Positions 16,905 to 26,607 of a stretch of 29,601 nt of DNA are shown piece by piece. The position numbers were made by a program, and so were the translations under genes. Each line of letters opens with the position of its first letter. Positions within the stretch are counted from its first letter, which is position 1. Where the stretch lies: IMG/VR virus record IMGVR_UViG_3300020042_003032, positions 1 to 29,601 of that record; one strand, given 5' to 3'. Below the pieces are notes generated by a model. It was not told the DNA's origin. It made no database searches and saw only the letters and a program-made list of their open reading frames with translations. The DNA comes from a virus. Taxonomy: Duplodnaviria; Caudoviricetes.

Positions 16905-17285
16905 ATGGAATACAAATTAATAGCCAACGAGATAAAAGATACACTAAAAGTAAATGTATTTGAGAACTCACGAAAGAGACCAATAATAGACGCAAGGAGT
17001 TTATTCTGTTACATACTACGCAAAGATTTTAATTTAACGTTACATAGTATAGCAGACATATACAAGAGCAAAGGAAAAAATTATAATCACGCAACAGTAA
17101 TTCACTCTGTTAATAATTACGAGATAGCATCCAAAGACGATAGAAGACTTGAAGAGATAAGAGCCAAAGTATTAAAACTAACTAATCCTCAAGCAGTACT
17201 TATAAATAGAATAAGAGACATATACGACATAGATAGACTACAAGGATTACACAACTTAATAGATTTCCAAGAACAACAAATCTAA
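16905..17285 (+). CDS. DnaA C-terminal-like HTH DNA-binding protein
   Basis: SRKR.IIDAR...LR...LTLHSIA...NHATVIHSV resembles DnaA domain IV. Confidence 0.7.
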   Translation: MEYKLIANEIKDTLKVNVFENSRKRPIIDARSLFCYILRKDFNLTLHSIADIYKSKGKNYNHATVIHSVNNYEIASKDDRRLEEIRAKVLKLTNPQAVLINRIRDIYDIDRLQGLHNLIDFQEQQI

Positions 17286-17291
17286 TAAAAT

Positions 17292-17678
17292 ATGGAAAGA
17301 ATATATCACAGATATGAGTATTGGGAATGTTATAAGAATGGTTTTTTTCGTAATGTTTCTGGAGAAGAAAAAAAAGAATTGTCAAAAAAAGTAATAGAAC
17401 TTTTTACAGATACAAAATTGACTGAAAAATATATGAATAAAGTTATAAATGAATGGCATTATTCGTGTGAGCATAACTTAACAAATATATCATTAAACAG
17501 AATAGCTTGGTTAGGTCAATCTGCTTGTTGTTTATATGCCAAAATACCATACAGTATAACAATGGAAAATTGGCGTTTTGTAGACGAGGAGAACAGAAAT
17601 ATAGCTTGTGAAATAGCAGACAAAATAATAAAAGAATATCAAACCAAAAACAAACAATTATGCCTAAACATTATTTAA
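17292..17678 (+). CDS. Uncharacterised protein heading the IbrAB-like cassette
   Basis: 128 aa, aromatic- and Cys-rich (YH..EYWEC...W..SCEHNLTN...NRIAWLGQSACC); overlaps the PAPS-reductase-like gene by 19 nt. Confidence 0.65.
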   Translation: MERIYHRYEYWECYKNGFFRNVSGEEKKELSKKVIELFTDTKLTEKYMNKVINEWHYSCEHNLTNISLNRIAWLGQSACCLYAKIPYSITMENWRFVDEENRNIACEIADKIIKEYQTKNKQLCLNII

Positions 17679-18874
17679 ATCAAAACGTTTGCGATGCAAG
17701 TGTTGAAAGGATAAAATATACATTTGATAATTTTGAGAAAATATACCTTTCATTTTCTGCTGGCAAAGATAGTACTGTTATGCTCCATTTAGTTATGGAC
17801 GAAGCTATAAAAAGAAATGTAAAAATAGGTTTATTAATAGTTGACTTGGAAGGTCAGTATAAATTAACAATAGACCATATGACAGAATGCGTAGAAATGT
17901 ATAAAGATAATTTAGAAGTTTATTGGGTATGTTTACCGATACATTTAAGAAATGCAGTTTCTGTATTTAAACCATTTTGGAAGTGTTGGGATAAAGAAGT
18001 AAAATCCGATTGGATTAGAGAAGTGCCTAAATTAGGCATAACAGACGAAAGTTATTTTCCATTTTTTAGAGACGGAATGGAGTTTGAAGAGTTTGTACCA
18101 GAATTTGGAGAATGGTATTCTCAAGGAAAAACTTGTGCTTGTTTAGTTGGGATTAGAGCAGACGAAAGTTTGAATAGATTTAGAACTATTGCAAGTGATA
18201 AAAAAATAACATTTAATCAAAAACAATGGACTACAAAAGTAACAGATAATGTGTTTAACGTATATCCTATTTATGATTGGAAAACAGAAGATATATGGAT
18301 TTACCATAGCAAAAACAAAGATAAAAGACACAATCATTTATACGACCTTATGCAAAAGTCTGGTTTATCTATTCATTTGCAGAGAATTTGCCAACCATAT
18401 GGAGACGACCAAAGAAGAGGTTTATATTTATTTCATTTAATAGAGCCAGAAACTTGGGCAAAAGTAGTAGCTAGAGTTGAGGGTGCTAATAGCGGTGCTT
18501 TATATGTTCAAGATACCGGAAACATAAATGGATATGGTAAAATAACAAAACCAATGCATCATACTTGGAAATCATTTTCTGAATTAATATTAAACACTTT
18601 ACCGCAAGTAACGTCTGAACATTATAAAAATAAAATATATACTTTTGTAAAATGGTGGGAAGAGAGAGGATATATAGACGGATTGCCAGACGAAGCTCCT
18701 AGCATTTTGGAAAGCGAAAGAGTAGCACCAAGTTGGAGACGTATTTGTAAATCATTATTAAGAAATGATTATTGGTGCAAAGGATTAGGTTTTACTCAAC
18801 ACAAAACAGATGCATATAATAAATACTTAAAACTAAAAAAAGAACAAAGAGAACTAAACAATTTTAAACTATAA
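17660..18874 (+). CDS. ibrA: PAPS-reductase-like PP-loop protein (DUF3440 / IbrA / YbdN family)
   Basis: PP-loop SFSAGKDS, GIRADESLNR, YPIYDW...DIW, RICQPYG and C-terminal SWRRICK...NDYWCKGLGF. Confidence 0.85.
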   Translation: MPKHYLNQNVCDASVERIKYTFDNFEKIYLSFSAGKDSTVMLHLVMDEAIKRNVKIGLLIVDLEGQYKLTIDHMTECVEMYKDNLEVYWVCLPIHLRNAVSVFKPFWKCWDKEVKSDWIREVPKLGITDESYFPFFRDGMEFEEFVPEFGEWYSQGKTCACLVGIRADESLNRFRTIASDKKITFNQKQWTTKVTDNVFNVYPIYDWKTEDIWIYHSKNKDKRHNHLYDLMQKSGLSIHLQRICQPYGDDQRRGLYLFHLIEPETWAKVVARVEGANSGALYVQDTGNINGYGKITKPMHHTWKSFSELILNTLPQVTSEHYKNKIYTFVKWWEERGYIDGLPDEAPSILESERVAPSWRRICKSLLRNDYWCKGLGFTQHKTDAYNKYLKLKKEQRELNNFKL

Positions 18875-18878
18875 TATT

Positions 18879-19529
18879 ATGACAACAAAAATTATTGAAC
18901 TGATTAACGAATTACAGTCTTTGGATATAGACAGTAGAGTAAATGCATTAAACGAAATTAAAATAGCGATGCACAATATTAGTCCTATGAAAACAGAGCC
19001 AGTAGATTGTGTTTTATGGGTAAAAAATAATAGCGTACACGCAAATGATTATAATCCAAATAGTGTTGCTCCTCCAGAAATGGAATTATTAAGACTTTCA
19101 ATTTCGGCAGACGGATACACTCAACCTATTGTATCGATGCTAGAAGATAACGGAGAAACTAGAGAAGTAATAGACGGATTCCATAGAAATAGAGTAGGCA
19201 AAGAATGCGAGGAAATACAAAAAAGAGTACACGGATATTTGCCAGTAGTAACAATTAACGAAGATAGAACAAAAATAAACGATAGAGTAGCTTCAACAAT
19301 AAGACATAATAGAGCAAGAGGTAAACACAAAATAGAAGCTATGAGTGATATTGTTATCGACCTAAAAAAAAGAAACTGGAGCGATGAAAAAATAGCTAAA
19401 AATTTAGGAATGGATAAAGACGAAGTTTTAAGACTTTGTCAAATAGGAGGCCTTGTTGAATTGTTTGCAGATAAAGAATTTAGTCAAGCGTGGGAAGCAG
19501 AAATATACGAACTTAATAACGAAATATAA
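18879..19529 (+). CDS. ibrB: ParB/Srx-like protein (IbrB / YbdM family)
   Basis: ANDYNPNSVAPPE, DGYTQPIV, IDGFHR, STIRHNRARGKH and a C-terminal HTH (WSDEKIAKNLGM). Confidence 0.88.
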   Translation: MTTKIIELINELQSLDIDSRVNALNEIKIAMHNISPMKTEPVDCVLWVKNNSVHANDYNPNSVAPPEMELLRLSISADGYTQPIVSMLEDNGETREVIDGFHRNRVGKECEEIQKRVHGYLPVVTINEDRTKINDRVASTIRHNRARGKHKIEAMSDIVIDLKKRNWSDEKIAKNLGMDKDEVLRLCQIGGLVELFADKEFSQAWEAEIYELNNEI

Positions 19530-19536
19530 AATAAAT

Positions 19537-19941
19537 ATGGGAAAGAGAAAATACATAGAGACACCAGAGAAACTATGGGAGTATTTCCAAGAGTACAAAA
19601 AAGAGACAAAGAGCAAACCTTTCCTAATTAAAGACTGGGTAGGTAAAGACGCTTTTAATGTACAAAGAGAGAAAGAAAGACCTCTCACAATAGAAGGATT
19701 CGAATGCTGGTTAGCAGACCAAGACATCATAGAGGATTTAAGCAACTATTTTGCTAATTATGATAATAAATACTCGGATTATTTGACTATCTGTTCACGT
19801 GTAAAAAAAGCAGTACGTCAAGACCAAATCGAGGGAGGGATGGCTGGAATGTATAATCCAAGTATAACTCAAAGATTAAACGGATTAGTAGAGAAAACTC
19901 AAACGGAAGTAAACGTAACCAAGTTCGAATTTGATGAGTAA
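19537..19941 (+). CDS. terS: Terminase small subunit (DNA-packaging gp3-like)
   Basis: TPEKLWEYFQEY...RPLTIEGF...QIEGGMAG.YNPSITQRLNGL; directly upstream of terL. Start moved to the ATG at 19537. Confidence 0.8.
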   Translation: MGKRKYIETPEKLWEYFQEYKKETKSKPFLIKDWVGKDAFNVQREKERPLTIEGFECWLADQDIIEDLSNYFANYDNKYSDYLTICSRVKKAVRQDQIEGGMAGMYNPSITQRLNGLVEKTQTEVNVTKFEFDE

Positions 19942-21130
19942 CATTAAAGGTTATAAGCCACATCCAAATCAAAGGCAGATACACGATTCAATTAATAATG
20001 AGCCATACAAATATTATGTATTGAATATAGGTAGACAGTTTGGTAAAACGATGCTGGCTATTAATCAAATGTTATACTGGGCGATTAATAACAGAGGATG
20101 TAACATTGCTTGGGTAACTCCGGTATATAAGCAAGGTAAAAAAGTATTTTCAGAATTAGAGAAGGCCACACGAACAAGTGGCTTTTTTGATTTTAACCAA
20201 AGTGAGTTAACAGTTAAAGGATTCGGAAGTACTATCTCTTTTTTCTCTGGAGAGAGACCGGACAATATTAGAGGAAATACATTTGACTATTTAATAATCG
20301 ATGAGGTTGCATTTACCAGAGAGGAGTTATGGAGTGAAGTACTTTCTGCAACAGTTCTAGTTAAAGGAAAAAAAGTAATATTCATATCCACACCCAAAGG
20401 AAAGAATCATTTTCATACCTTATCACTCCAGCCAAATTACGACAATAGATACAAGTACTTTCACTTTACAAGTTACGATACTCCATTTATAAATGAGCTG
20501 GATCTGGAAGAGCGAAAGAGAAGTTTACCTAGTCACATATTTAGACAAGAGTATCTAGCAGAATTCCTAGACAATTCAAGCGGACTATTTGCAAATGTCA
20601 AAGAGTGCATAGGAGAGCCGTCAAACTCAAATATATATTACGGAGGATTAGATATTGGACGAGCAGACGATTACACAGTACTGACTATAATAAACGAACA
20701 TAAACAAATAGTATATTGTGAACGCTGGAGGCACGATGAGTGGACCAGAATAATAGAAAAGGTAGGAGTAAAAATAAACGAGTACAACGCAAAGGTATAT
20801 GTCGAGGTAAACAATCAAGGAGACGTATTTTATGAGATGCTAAAAAAGATATCCGGTAAAAGAGTATATCCATTTGTCACAAGCACAAAGACCAAACCCA
20901 TAATGATTGAAGACTTGGCCGTACTATTCGAGCAGAAAGAAATCCAAATATTAAATATAAGTTGGCTAGTGGATGAGCTAGAAGCATTCACTTACATATA
21001 CAACCAAACGACAAGGAACGTTCAATATTCTGCTCCTCAAGGAGTACACGACGATAGTGTAATTAGTTTAGCATTATCTTACCAAGCAATCAAAGATTTA
21101 AAAAACAGAGGGACATACTCAATTAAATAA
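19931..21130 (+). CDS. terL: Terminase large subunit
   Basis: Walker A GRQFGKT, Walker B LIIDE, ISTPKG, and nuclease motifs GLDIG..DDYT and HDD. Confidence 0.93.
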   Translation: MMSNIKGYKPHPNQRQIHDSINNEPYKYYVLNIGRQFGKTMLAINQMLYWAINNRGCNIAWVTPVYKQGKKVFSELEKATRTSGFFDFNQSELTVKGFGSTISFFSGERPDNIRGNTFDYLIIDEVAFTREELWSEVLSATVLVKGKKVIFISTPKGKNHFHTLSLQPNYDNRYKYFHFTSYDTPFINELDLEERKRSLPSHIFRQEYLAEFLDNSSGLFANVKECIGEPSNSNIYYGGLDIGRADDYTVLTIINEHKQIVYCERWRHDEWTRIIEKVGVKINEYNAKVYVEVNNQGDVFYEMLKKISGKRVYPFVTSTKTKPIMIEDLAVLFEQKEIQILNISWLVDELEAFTYIYNQTTRNVQYSAPQGVHDDSVISLALSYQAIKDLKNRGTYSIK

Positions 21131-21153
21131 TCATTCACAAATAAATAAAACAA

Positions 21154-21163
21154 ACGTTATATA
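21154..21163 (+). promoter_or_regulatory. Candidate late promoter motif ACGTTATATA, copy 2
   Basis: Exact copy 3 nt before the ATG at 21167, heading the tail operon. Confidence 0.65.
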
Positions 21164-21166
21164 GTT

Positions 21167-21832
21167 ATGAAGTTAATAGTACCAAGTTCACTAGAGGAAA
21201 TCAGTTTAAGCAAATATCAAAGATACTTAAAAGAGTTTGAGTATAGCAAGAGCTTAAATAATCAAGAGACATATCTAGGTTTAAAAATGATTGAGATATT
21301 CTGCGAAGTAACAGAAGATCAAGCCAAGCAAATAGATTCAGACTCGGCAAACAAAGTAATTAAAATATTAGTTGATTTACTTTCATTTGAGCAACCACTT
21401 ACAGAAAGTTTTAAACTAAAAGGTATAAACTTCGGTTGGATTCCTAAATTAGATAACTTATCATTCGGAGAGTTTCTAGACTTAAACAATAATATAGATA
21501 ACTGGGAGAATATGGTTACAGCTATGGCAGTATTATACAGACCAGTAACCGGAAGAGCAGCAGACGGAAAATACTTAATTGAGAAGTACGAAGGAGATAA
21601 GTATCACGAAATATTAAAAGAGATGCCGTTAAGTGTTGTATTAGGTGCAACTGTTTTTTTTTGGAATTTAGGAGTGGATTTAGTGACATCTACCCTTTGC
21701 TCTTTGGAAGTGGAAATGAGCAAGATGAGTACTCGACAGAGAGCCAGTTTTCAAGAGAGTGGGGATGGTTTGCTAGTCTCGCTGAACTCGCTAAAAACGA
21801 TGTTACTAGAATTGAAAAGGTTACCAAATTAA
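21167..21832 (+). CDS. Tail assembly chaperone-like protein (0-frame product)
   Basis: 221 aa, first gene of the tail operon; contains a T9 slippery run at VFF. Confidence 0.55.
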   Translation: MKLIVPSSLEEISLSKYQRYLKEFEYSKSLNNQETYLGLKMIEIFCEVTEDQAKQIDSDSANKVIKILVDLLSFEQPLTESFKLKGINFGWIPKLDNLSFGEFLDLNNNIDNWENMVTAMAVLYRPVTGRAADGKYLIEKYEGDKYHEILKEMPLSVVLGATVFFWNLGVDLVTSTLCSLEVEMSKMSTRQRASFQESGDGLLVSLNSLKTMLLELKRLPN

Positions 21833-21930
21833 ATATGCATTTATGCTTGAAGTTTTTATCTTATAAAATAGACAAAGACAATTTACGAGCAAAGCAATTA
21901 GAAAAAATAAACAAACGATATGGACGATAA
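21654..21930 (+). CDS. -1 frameshift extension of the chaperone (G/GT-like fusion, ~254 aa from 21167)
   Basis: T9 at 21654-21662. The -1 frame is open from there to 21930 (LEFRSGFSDIYPLLF...WGWF) and overlaps the next gene start. Confidence 0.6.
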
Positions 21931-22390
21931 AAAAGGAGTTGAGTCATTATATAATTTAATAGATTCTTTAAACGAAGAGTTAAGCAGTAATCCATTTTGC
22001 AATACTGTAACATTCAAAAGACTAACGGAAGTAGATTTAAATAAAAATACAATCTTTCCTTTGTGTAATATCGTTTACAATTCAGTAACTCACAATGAGA
22101 ATACTTTAACATTTAATTTTACTATATTTAATCTAGATATTGTAAACATATCTAAAGAAAGTGAAATAAGCGTTTACGGCAACGATAATACTTTTTACAT
22201 ACTATCTAACCAACTCTATGTTATTAATCGTTTATTGAGCCGTTTAAAACAGTCTACAATATACAAAGACGGTTGGGAATTGGAAGGCACTCCTCAAAGC
22301 GATGTAATCGACAAGGAAATGGAAAATATGTTAACCGGTTACCAGACAGATTTTAGTATAAATGTACCTAATGACATATCGAAATGTTAA
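21920..22390 (+). CDS. Tail terminator/completion protein, putative
   Basis: 156 aa (IFPLCNI...ENMLTGY) located in the tail operon. Confidence 0.5.
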   Translation: MDDKKGVESLYNLIDSLNEELSSNPFCNTVTFKRLTEVDLNKNTIFPLCNIVYNSVTHNENTLTFNFTIFNLDIVNISKESEISVYGNDNTFYILSNQLYVINRLLSRLKQSTIYKDGWELEGTPQSDVIDKEMENMLTGYQTDFSINVPNDISKC

Positions 22391-22932
22391 ACATAAAATT
22401 TGAGCATTTAATAGATGCTATGAATGAGTTTGGCGATAAGGTTGTCGCAGACGCAAAACAGAACTTAAAAGACAAAAAGAAACTTGACACCGGTACACTA
22501 GAAAAAAGTGTAGTTAATAACGGAGTTAAGTTTATGCGTAGATCCTTTAGTTTGAATATAGGAATGTCAGACTATGGAGCATTCGTAGATAAGGGAGTCA
22601 GAGGAGTAGGAGGAGTAAGAAAAACGACAAGCACGTTTAAAAGAACAAACAACAAAGGTAAACTCTGGAAACAAAACGGAGGAGATAGTCCGTACAGTTT
22701 TAAAGAGGGACGTAAACCAAGTGTTAAACATTTTATTGACTGGAGTAACAAAAGAGGATTGAGTCCGTTTGCAGTTAGAGAGTCTGTTTATCATCAAGGT
22801 ATTAAACCAACTTACTTTTTAAGAGATGCAGTAGCAGAGAACATAAAACTAGTGCCAAATGAAATAGCAGAGGCATTCGCTCTGGATGTCAAATCAACTG
22901 TAGAATTAATAGCTAAATCAAATTTCAAATAA
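22384..22932 (+). CDS. Neck/tail component, HK97-gp10-like
   Basis: Basic protein with DTGTLEKS, YGAFVDKG and GIKPTYFL motifs. Confidence 0.6.
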   Translation: MLNIKFEHLIDAMNEFGDKVVADAKQNLKDKKKLDTGTLEKSVVNNGVKFMRRSFSLNIGMSDYGAFVDKGVRGVGGVRKTTSTFKRTNNKGKLWKQNGGDSPYSFKEGRKPSVKHFIDWSNKRGLSPFAVRESVYHQGIKPTYFLRDAVAENIKLVPNEIAEAFALDVKSTVELIAKSNFK

Positions 22933-22933
22933 T

Positions 22934-24010
22934 ATGCCGTCAATAAATTTAATATTTGCGAGAAGTCCTTACCAAGTTATTATTGATGAGGCAAACCAAA
23001 TTAAAACAAAAGTAGAGTTAAAACTTTATAATAAGGGAGACACTCCTCCAGCAAATCCAACTTACATAATGAGTGAGGGAATTGCATCTGTAACACAAAC
23101 AGAAACTAACTACAATATAGCTCCGTTAATTTTAGAATATATAGACAAATATTTTTTACAATATTCGACAAGCACAATAACAGAAGCCAATAAAAAAGAA
23201 TGGTGCATCGGTCAGTATAGTACTTATTACAGTACAGACGGGACAACTTGGATTCAAATAGACATAATAGATTTTTGTGCAGTAAATGGCTATTCGGTTG
23301 CAGAGGACGGAATTAATTTAGACCTTACTAAAACAAAGGCATATTTATTATTAGCCAATCCAAATATAAAAGTTTATTGGAATACTATTATACCTTACTA
23401 CAATTTTATATGTAATGAAAAAACAAATAATTATCAAGCTAAATGGATAGACAAAGCCGGTACTATTTTAAAGACACAAACATTTTATACTGGAGTTGAT
23501 GACTTTTTTAATTACGCAATCCCTTTAGTATATCAAACAAGCGTAACAATAGAAATATATAATATAACTACCAACGTATTACTTACAAAAGTTTTGACAG
23601 AGGAAATCTGTGAGCCAAAATATCCGGTCCAAGTATTATGGTTTTTAAATAAGTTCGGAGGTTGGAATCACTTTGCTTTTTTCAAAGCGAGTTACAATTC
23701 TATTGACATAAAAAATAGTGATTATGCTTTAATGCAAAAAGAGGTAGAATACGACTATCGTAAAGGCCAGACAAAGCCATTTAATATAAACGGAAACCAA
23801 AGTATTAAAGTTAACACCGGTTGGGTTACAGAGGACTATTTTGAGTGGGTACAAGATATGATGTTAAGTGATACTATATTACTCAATCCAGAAACACCAG
23901 TAACTATTAAAACTACTAGTATGCAAAAGAAAACAGAGTTAAAAGATAAAAATATAAACTATACTTTAGAGTTTGACTTTGCAAATAAACTAATTAATAA
24001 CATCGTATAA
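22934..24010 (+). CDS. Minor tail / distal tail-like structural protein
   Basis: 358 aa (ARSPY; FLNKFGGW; VNTGWV) coupled to the large tail gene. Confidence 0.55.
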   Translation: MPSINLIFARSPYQVIIDEANQIKTKVELKLYNKGDTPPANPTYIMSEGIASVTQTETNYNIAPLILEYIDKYFLQYSTSTITEANKKEWCIGQYSTYYSTDGTTWIQIDIIDFCAVNGYSVAEDGINLDLTKTKAYLLLANPNIKVYWNTIIPYYNFICNEKTNNYQAKWIDKAGTILKTQTFYTGVDDFFNYAIPLVYQTSVTIEIYNITTNVLLTKVLTEEICEPKYPVQVLWFLNKFGGWNHFAFFKASYNSIDIKNSDYALMQKEVEYDYRKGQTKPFNINGNQSIKVNTGWVTEDYFEWVQDMMLSDTILLNPETPVTIKTTSMQKKTELKDKNINYTLEFDFANKLINNIV

Positions 24011-26607
24011 TGAAATTAAGCGTAGAGGTTTATATTAAGAAAAATACTTTAGAGATTAGCGGAGCTTCTACTGGCACTAATGCATCGCCATTTTTTAGTA
24101 TTGAAACTAACTTAACTATGACTACAAATCAATATGTAGGGTTTTATGTTAAGATTACTACTGGCGATAGTACGGGATTAGTTAGTTGGATTTTAGCAAC
24201 CACAACAACAAGACTAACTCTAGAAACTGGAATACCAATAGCTACTGGAGATAAATTTGAAATATACAGAAGCGATTATCAAAGACTAGATTTATTCAAA
24301 GACGAAAAAATAAGCATTACTTCCCAAATTGGGAATGCAAACGACATAGGTAAATTATACACAGACTACACACAGACATTTTCAATACCAGCATCAAAGA
24401 CAAACAATCAAATTTTGTCACATTGGTACGAAAGCAGTATTGATAATGGATTCGACCACAGAATGCGTTATGATGCTTTTATTGAGGTTAATACTCACAG
24501 ATTTAGAGACGGAACTATTCAACTAGAGAAAGCAGACAAAAAAGAAGGATTTATTGAAAGTTACTCGGTTACGTTTTATGGTAACTTGGTACAGTTAAAA
24601 GATATTATTAAAGACGATAAATTAAATACTTTAGATTATACAAGTTTAAATCATACTTATAATTCGTCACAAGTAAGAGCAAGAATAGTAGCTGATTTTA
24701 ATGTTAAATATCCGTTAATAGGAAACGCATTTAAATATGAATATCAAAGTGGAAGTGCAACAAAAGATATAACATTAAGTACTGGAGCAATTAAATGGAA
24801 TGACTTATTTCCAGCAATTACTTTAGTTTCTATTTTTTCTTTTATTCAAGCAAAATACGGAGTTAAATTTACTGGTAGTTTTTTTAATTTAAACCAATGG
24901 ACGAAATTACATCTTTATTTAAAACCGGCATTGTCGATGTCTGAAATAACACAAAGAATACAATTAAATTTCACAACCATAATCAGTGGTACATTTCCAG
25001 AATTAAATTTAGTAACGGATATATTAACAACAAATTGGAATTTTCCTACAGCAGATGCAGTAGGAGATCCTAGAATAAATATAACTTTAAGAGTAACTCC
25101 AGAAGTAGGATTTACAACAATTCCTTATAATTTATTTATATATCGTGATAATGAATTATATCGAACATTTACTAATTTAGTAGGAACACAAATAGTAACC
25201 GCAGAAGATATTTCAAGAAGTGTAGATGCATCTCAACACAGATACACCTTTAAATTTTCATCACAATTAACTATGAATTTTAAAGTAAGAGTAATTTTAA
25301 GTAAATATTATAATCGTATAATATCTGGAAATATTGCTCAAATAACAATTCAAGAATTTGCAGAGACTTCTGTTATGTCAAGTATTCAAAATATTGATAT
25401 TGTAAACTATATTCCAGACATAAAAACAATAGATTTTTTAAACGGTATAATAAAAGCATTTAATTTAATGATAATACCAAGAGCAAATAATACTTATGAG
25501 TTTTTACCACTTGAAATGTTTTATAATGCTGGTAAAACTTTGGATATAACAGAGTACACTTATGAAAATGAGATGAGCATAAATAAGCCAAAGTTATTCA
25601 AGAGTATAAATTTTATGTATGAGGAAAGTAAGAACATATTAAATGACCAATTTAAAAGTTTATACGGAAATGCTTACGGAGATTTAATTTACAATTCAAA
25701 TAGGATTACAGAAAATGCAACTTACGATATTAAACTACCTTTTGAAAACGTATTATTTGAATTAGTAAAGCAGTTAAAATTATTCCAAACTGCTACTTTG
25801 ATTGACAAAAATTCACAACCATATATTCCAAAGCCAATGCTTATTTATTGTAACGGATTGGTAACTCCATTAACTGGAAATGATAGGATTTATATAACAC
25901 AAGATACTGCCTCGCCAATCCAAATGGCAAATTATCAAAGATTTTCTAACGAATACGATAATATGCCAACAGATGTAACGCATTCTCAATTAATGACTAT
26001 GAACTTTGGAAATGAGCAGTCAAGTTGGTTAAATGTATTAGCACCTCAAGGACTGTATTACAGACACTATAAAAACTTTATTGATAATCTATATAATATT
26101 AAAACTAGATTAATAAAAGTCAAAGCATTATTACCGGCAAGTTTGTTGGGAAGTACTGTTACAAATGGATTCGGTATTCCTCTAGGAATTGCGTTAAATG
26201 ATAGGTTAGTTATAAGAAATAAAAGATACTTAATTAATTCTTTTACTACAGATTTAACAACTGGAGAAACTGACTTGGAACTATTGTCAGATTATAGAGG
26301 AGTAAACGCAGCTAGTACTGTTGGCTATAGATATTCAAGTATGGATAACATACAAACAGACAAAGAGGCACTAGTATTTGATTTAGAAATATACTTGAAT
26401 GATTACGAAGCCTTTAGTATAAAAGCACCTATTAGCTTCTTATCATATACTCACACAAGTAACAATAAAACGGATGTACTATTAACTGTTACTGTACCGG
26501 CAAACTCAACCGGAGTAGATAGAACAGACGTAATTATATTAGAATATAAATTAAACGGAGCAACTGCCAAAACAGAATATATAACAGTAATACAAACGGG
26601 TATATGA
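24010..26607 (+). CDS. Large tail tip / baseplate hub protein
   Basis: 865 aa, beta-rich; RLDLFKDEKISIT...DYTQTFSIPASKTNN N-terminal motif; precedes the tape measure gene. Confidence 0.65.
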   Translation: MKLSVEVYIKKNTLEISGASTGTNASPFFSIETNLTMTTNQYVGFYVKITTGDSTGLVSWILATTTTRLTLETGIPIATGDKFEIYRSDYQRLDLFKDEKISITSQIGNANDIGKLYTDYTQTFSIPASKTNNQILSHWYESSIDNGFDHRMRYDAFIEVNTHRFRDGTIQLEKADKKEGFIESYSVTFYGNLVQLKDIIKDDKLNTLDYTSLNHTYNSSQVRARIVADFNVKYPLIGNAFKYEYQSGSATKDITLSTGAIKWNDLFPAITLVSIFSFIQAKYGVKFTGSFFNLNQWTKLHLYLKPALSMSEITQRIQLNFTTIISGTFPELNLVTDILTTNWNFPTADAVGDPRINITLRVTPEVGFTTIPYNLFIYRDNELYRTFTNLVGTQIVTAEDISRSVDASQHRYTFKFSSQLTMNFKVRVILSKYYNRIISGNIAQITIQEFAETSVMSSIQNIDIVNYIPDIKTIDFLNGIIKAFNLMIIPRANNTYEFLPLEMFYNAGKTLDITEYTYENEMSINKPKLFKSINFMYEESKNILNDQFKSLYGNAYGDLIYNSNRITENATYDIKLPFENVLFELVKQLKLFQTATLIDKNSQPYIPKPMLIYCNGLVTPLTGNDRIYITQDTASPIQMANYQRFSNEYDNMPTDVTHSQLMTMNFGNEQSSWLNVLAPQGLYYRHYKNFIDNLYNIKTRLIKVKALLPASLLGSTVTNGFGIPLGIALNDRLVIRNKRYLINSFTTDLTTGETDLELLSDYRGVNAASTVGYRYSSMDNIQTDKEALVFDLEIYLNDYEAFSIKAPISFLSYTHTSNNKTDVLLTVTVPANSTGVDRTDVIILEYKLNGATAKTEYITVIQTGI

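Noticed and set aside
18249-18440. 63-aa alternate-frame ORF inside the IbrA-like gene
   Set aside because: Fully nested with no motif or leader support.
17660-18874. Annotation as an auxiliary metabolic gene cysH (sulfate assimilation)
   Set aside because: Length, DUF3440-type C-terminus and pairing with a ParB-like gene match IbrA/YbdN rather than CysH, and no other sulfur pathway genes are present.
19453-19536. Longer terS start given in the ORF track
   Set aside because: It overlaps ibrB by 77 nt with a TTG start. The ATG at 19537, just after the ibrB stop and with an A-rich leader, is more plausible.
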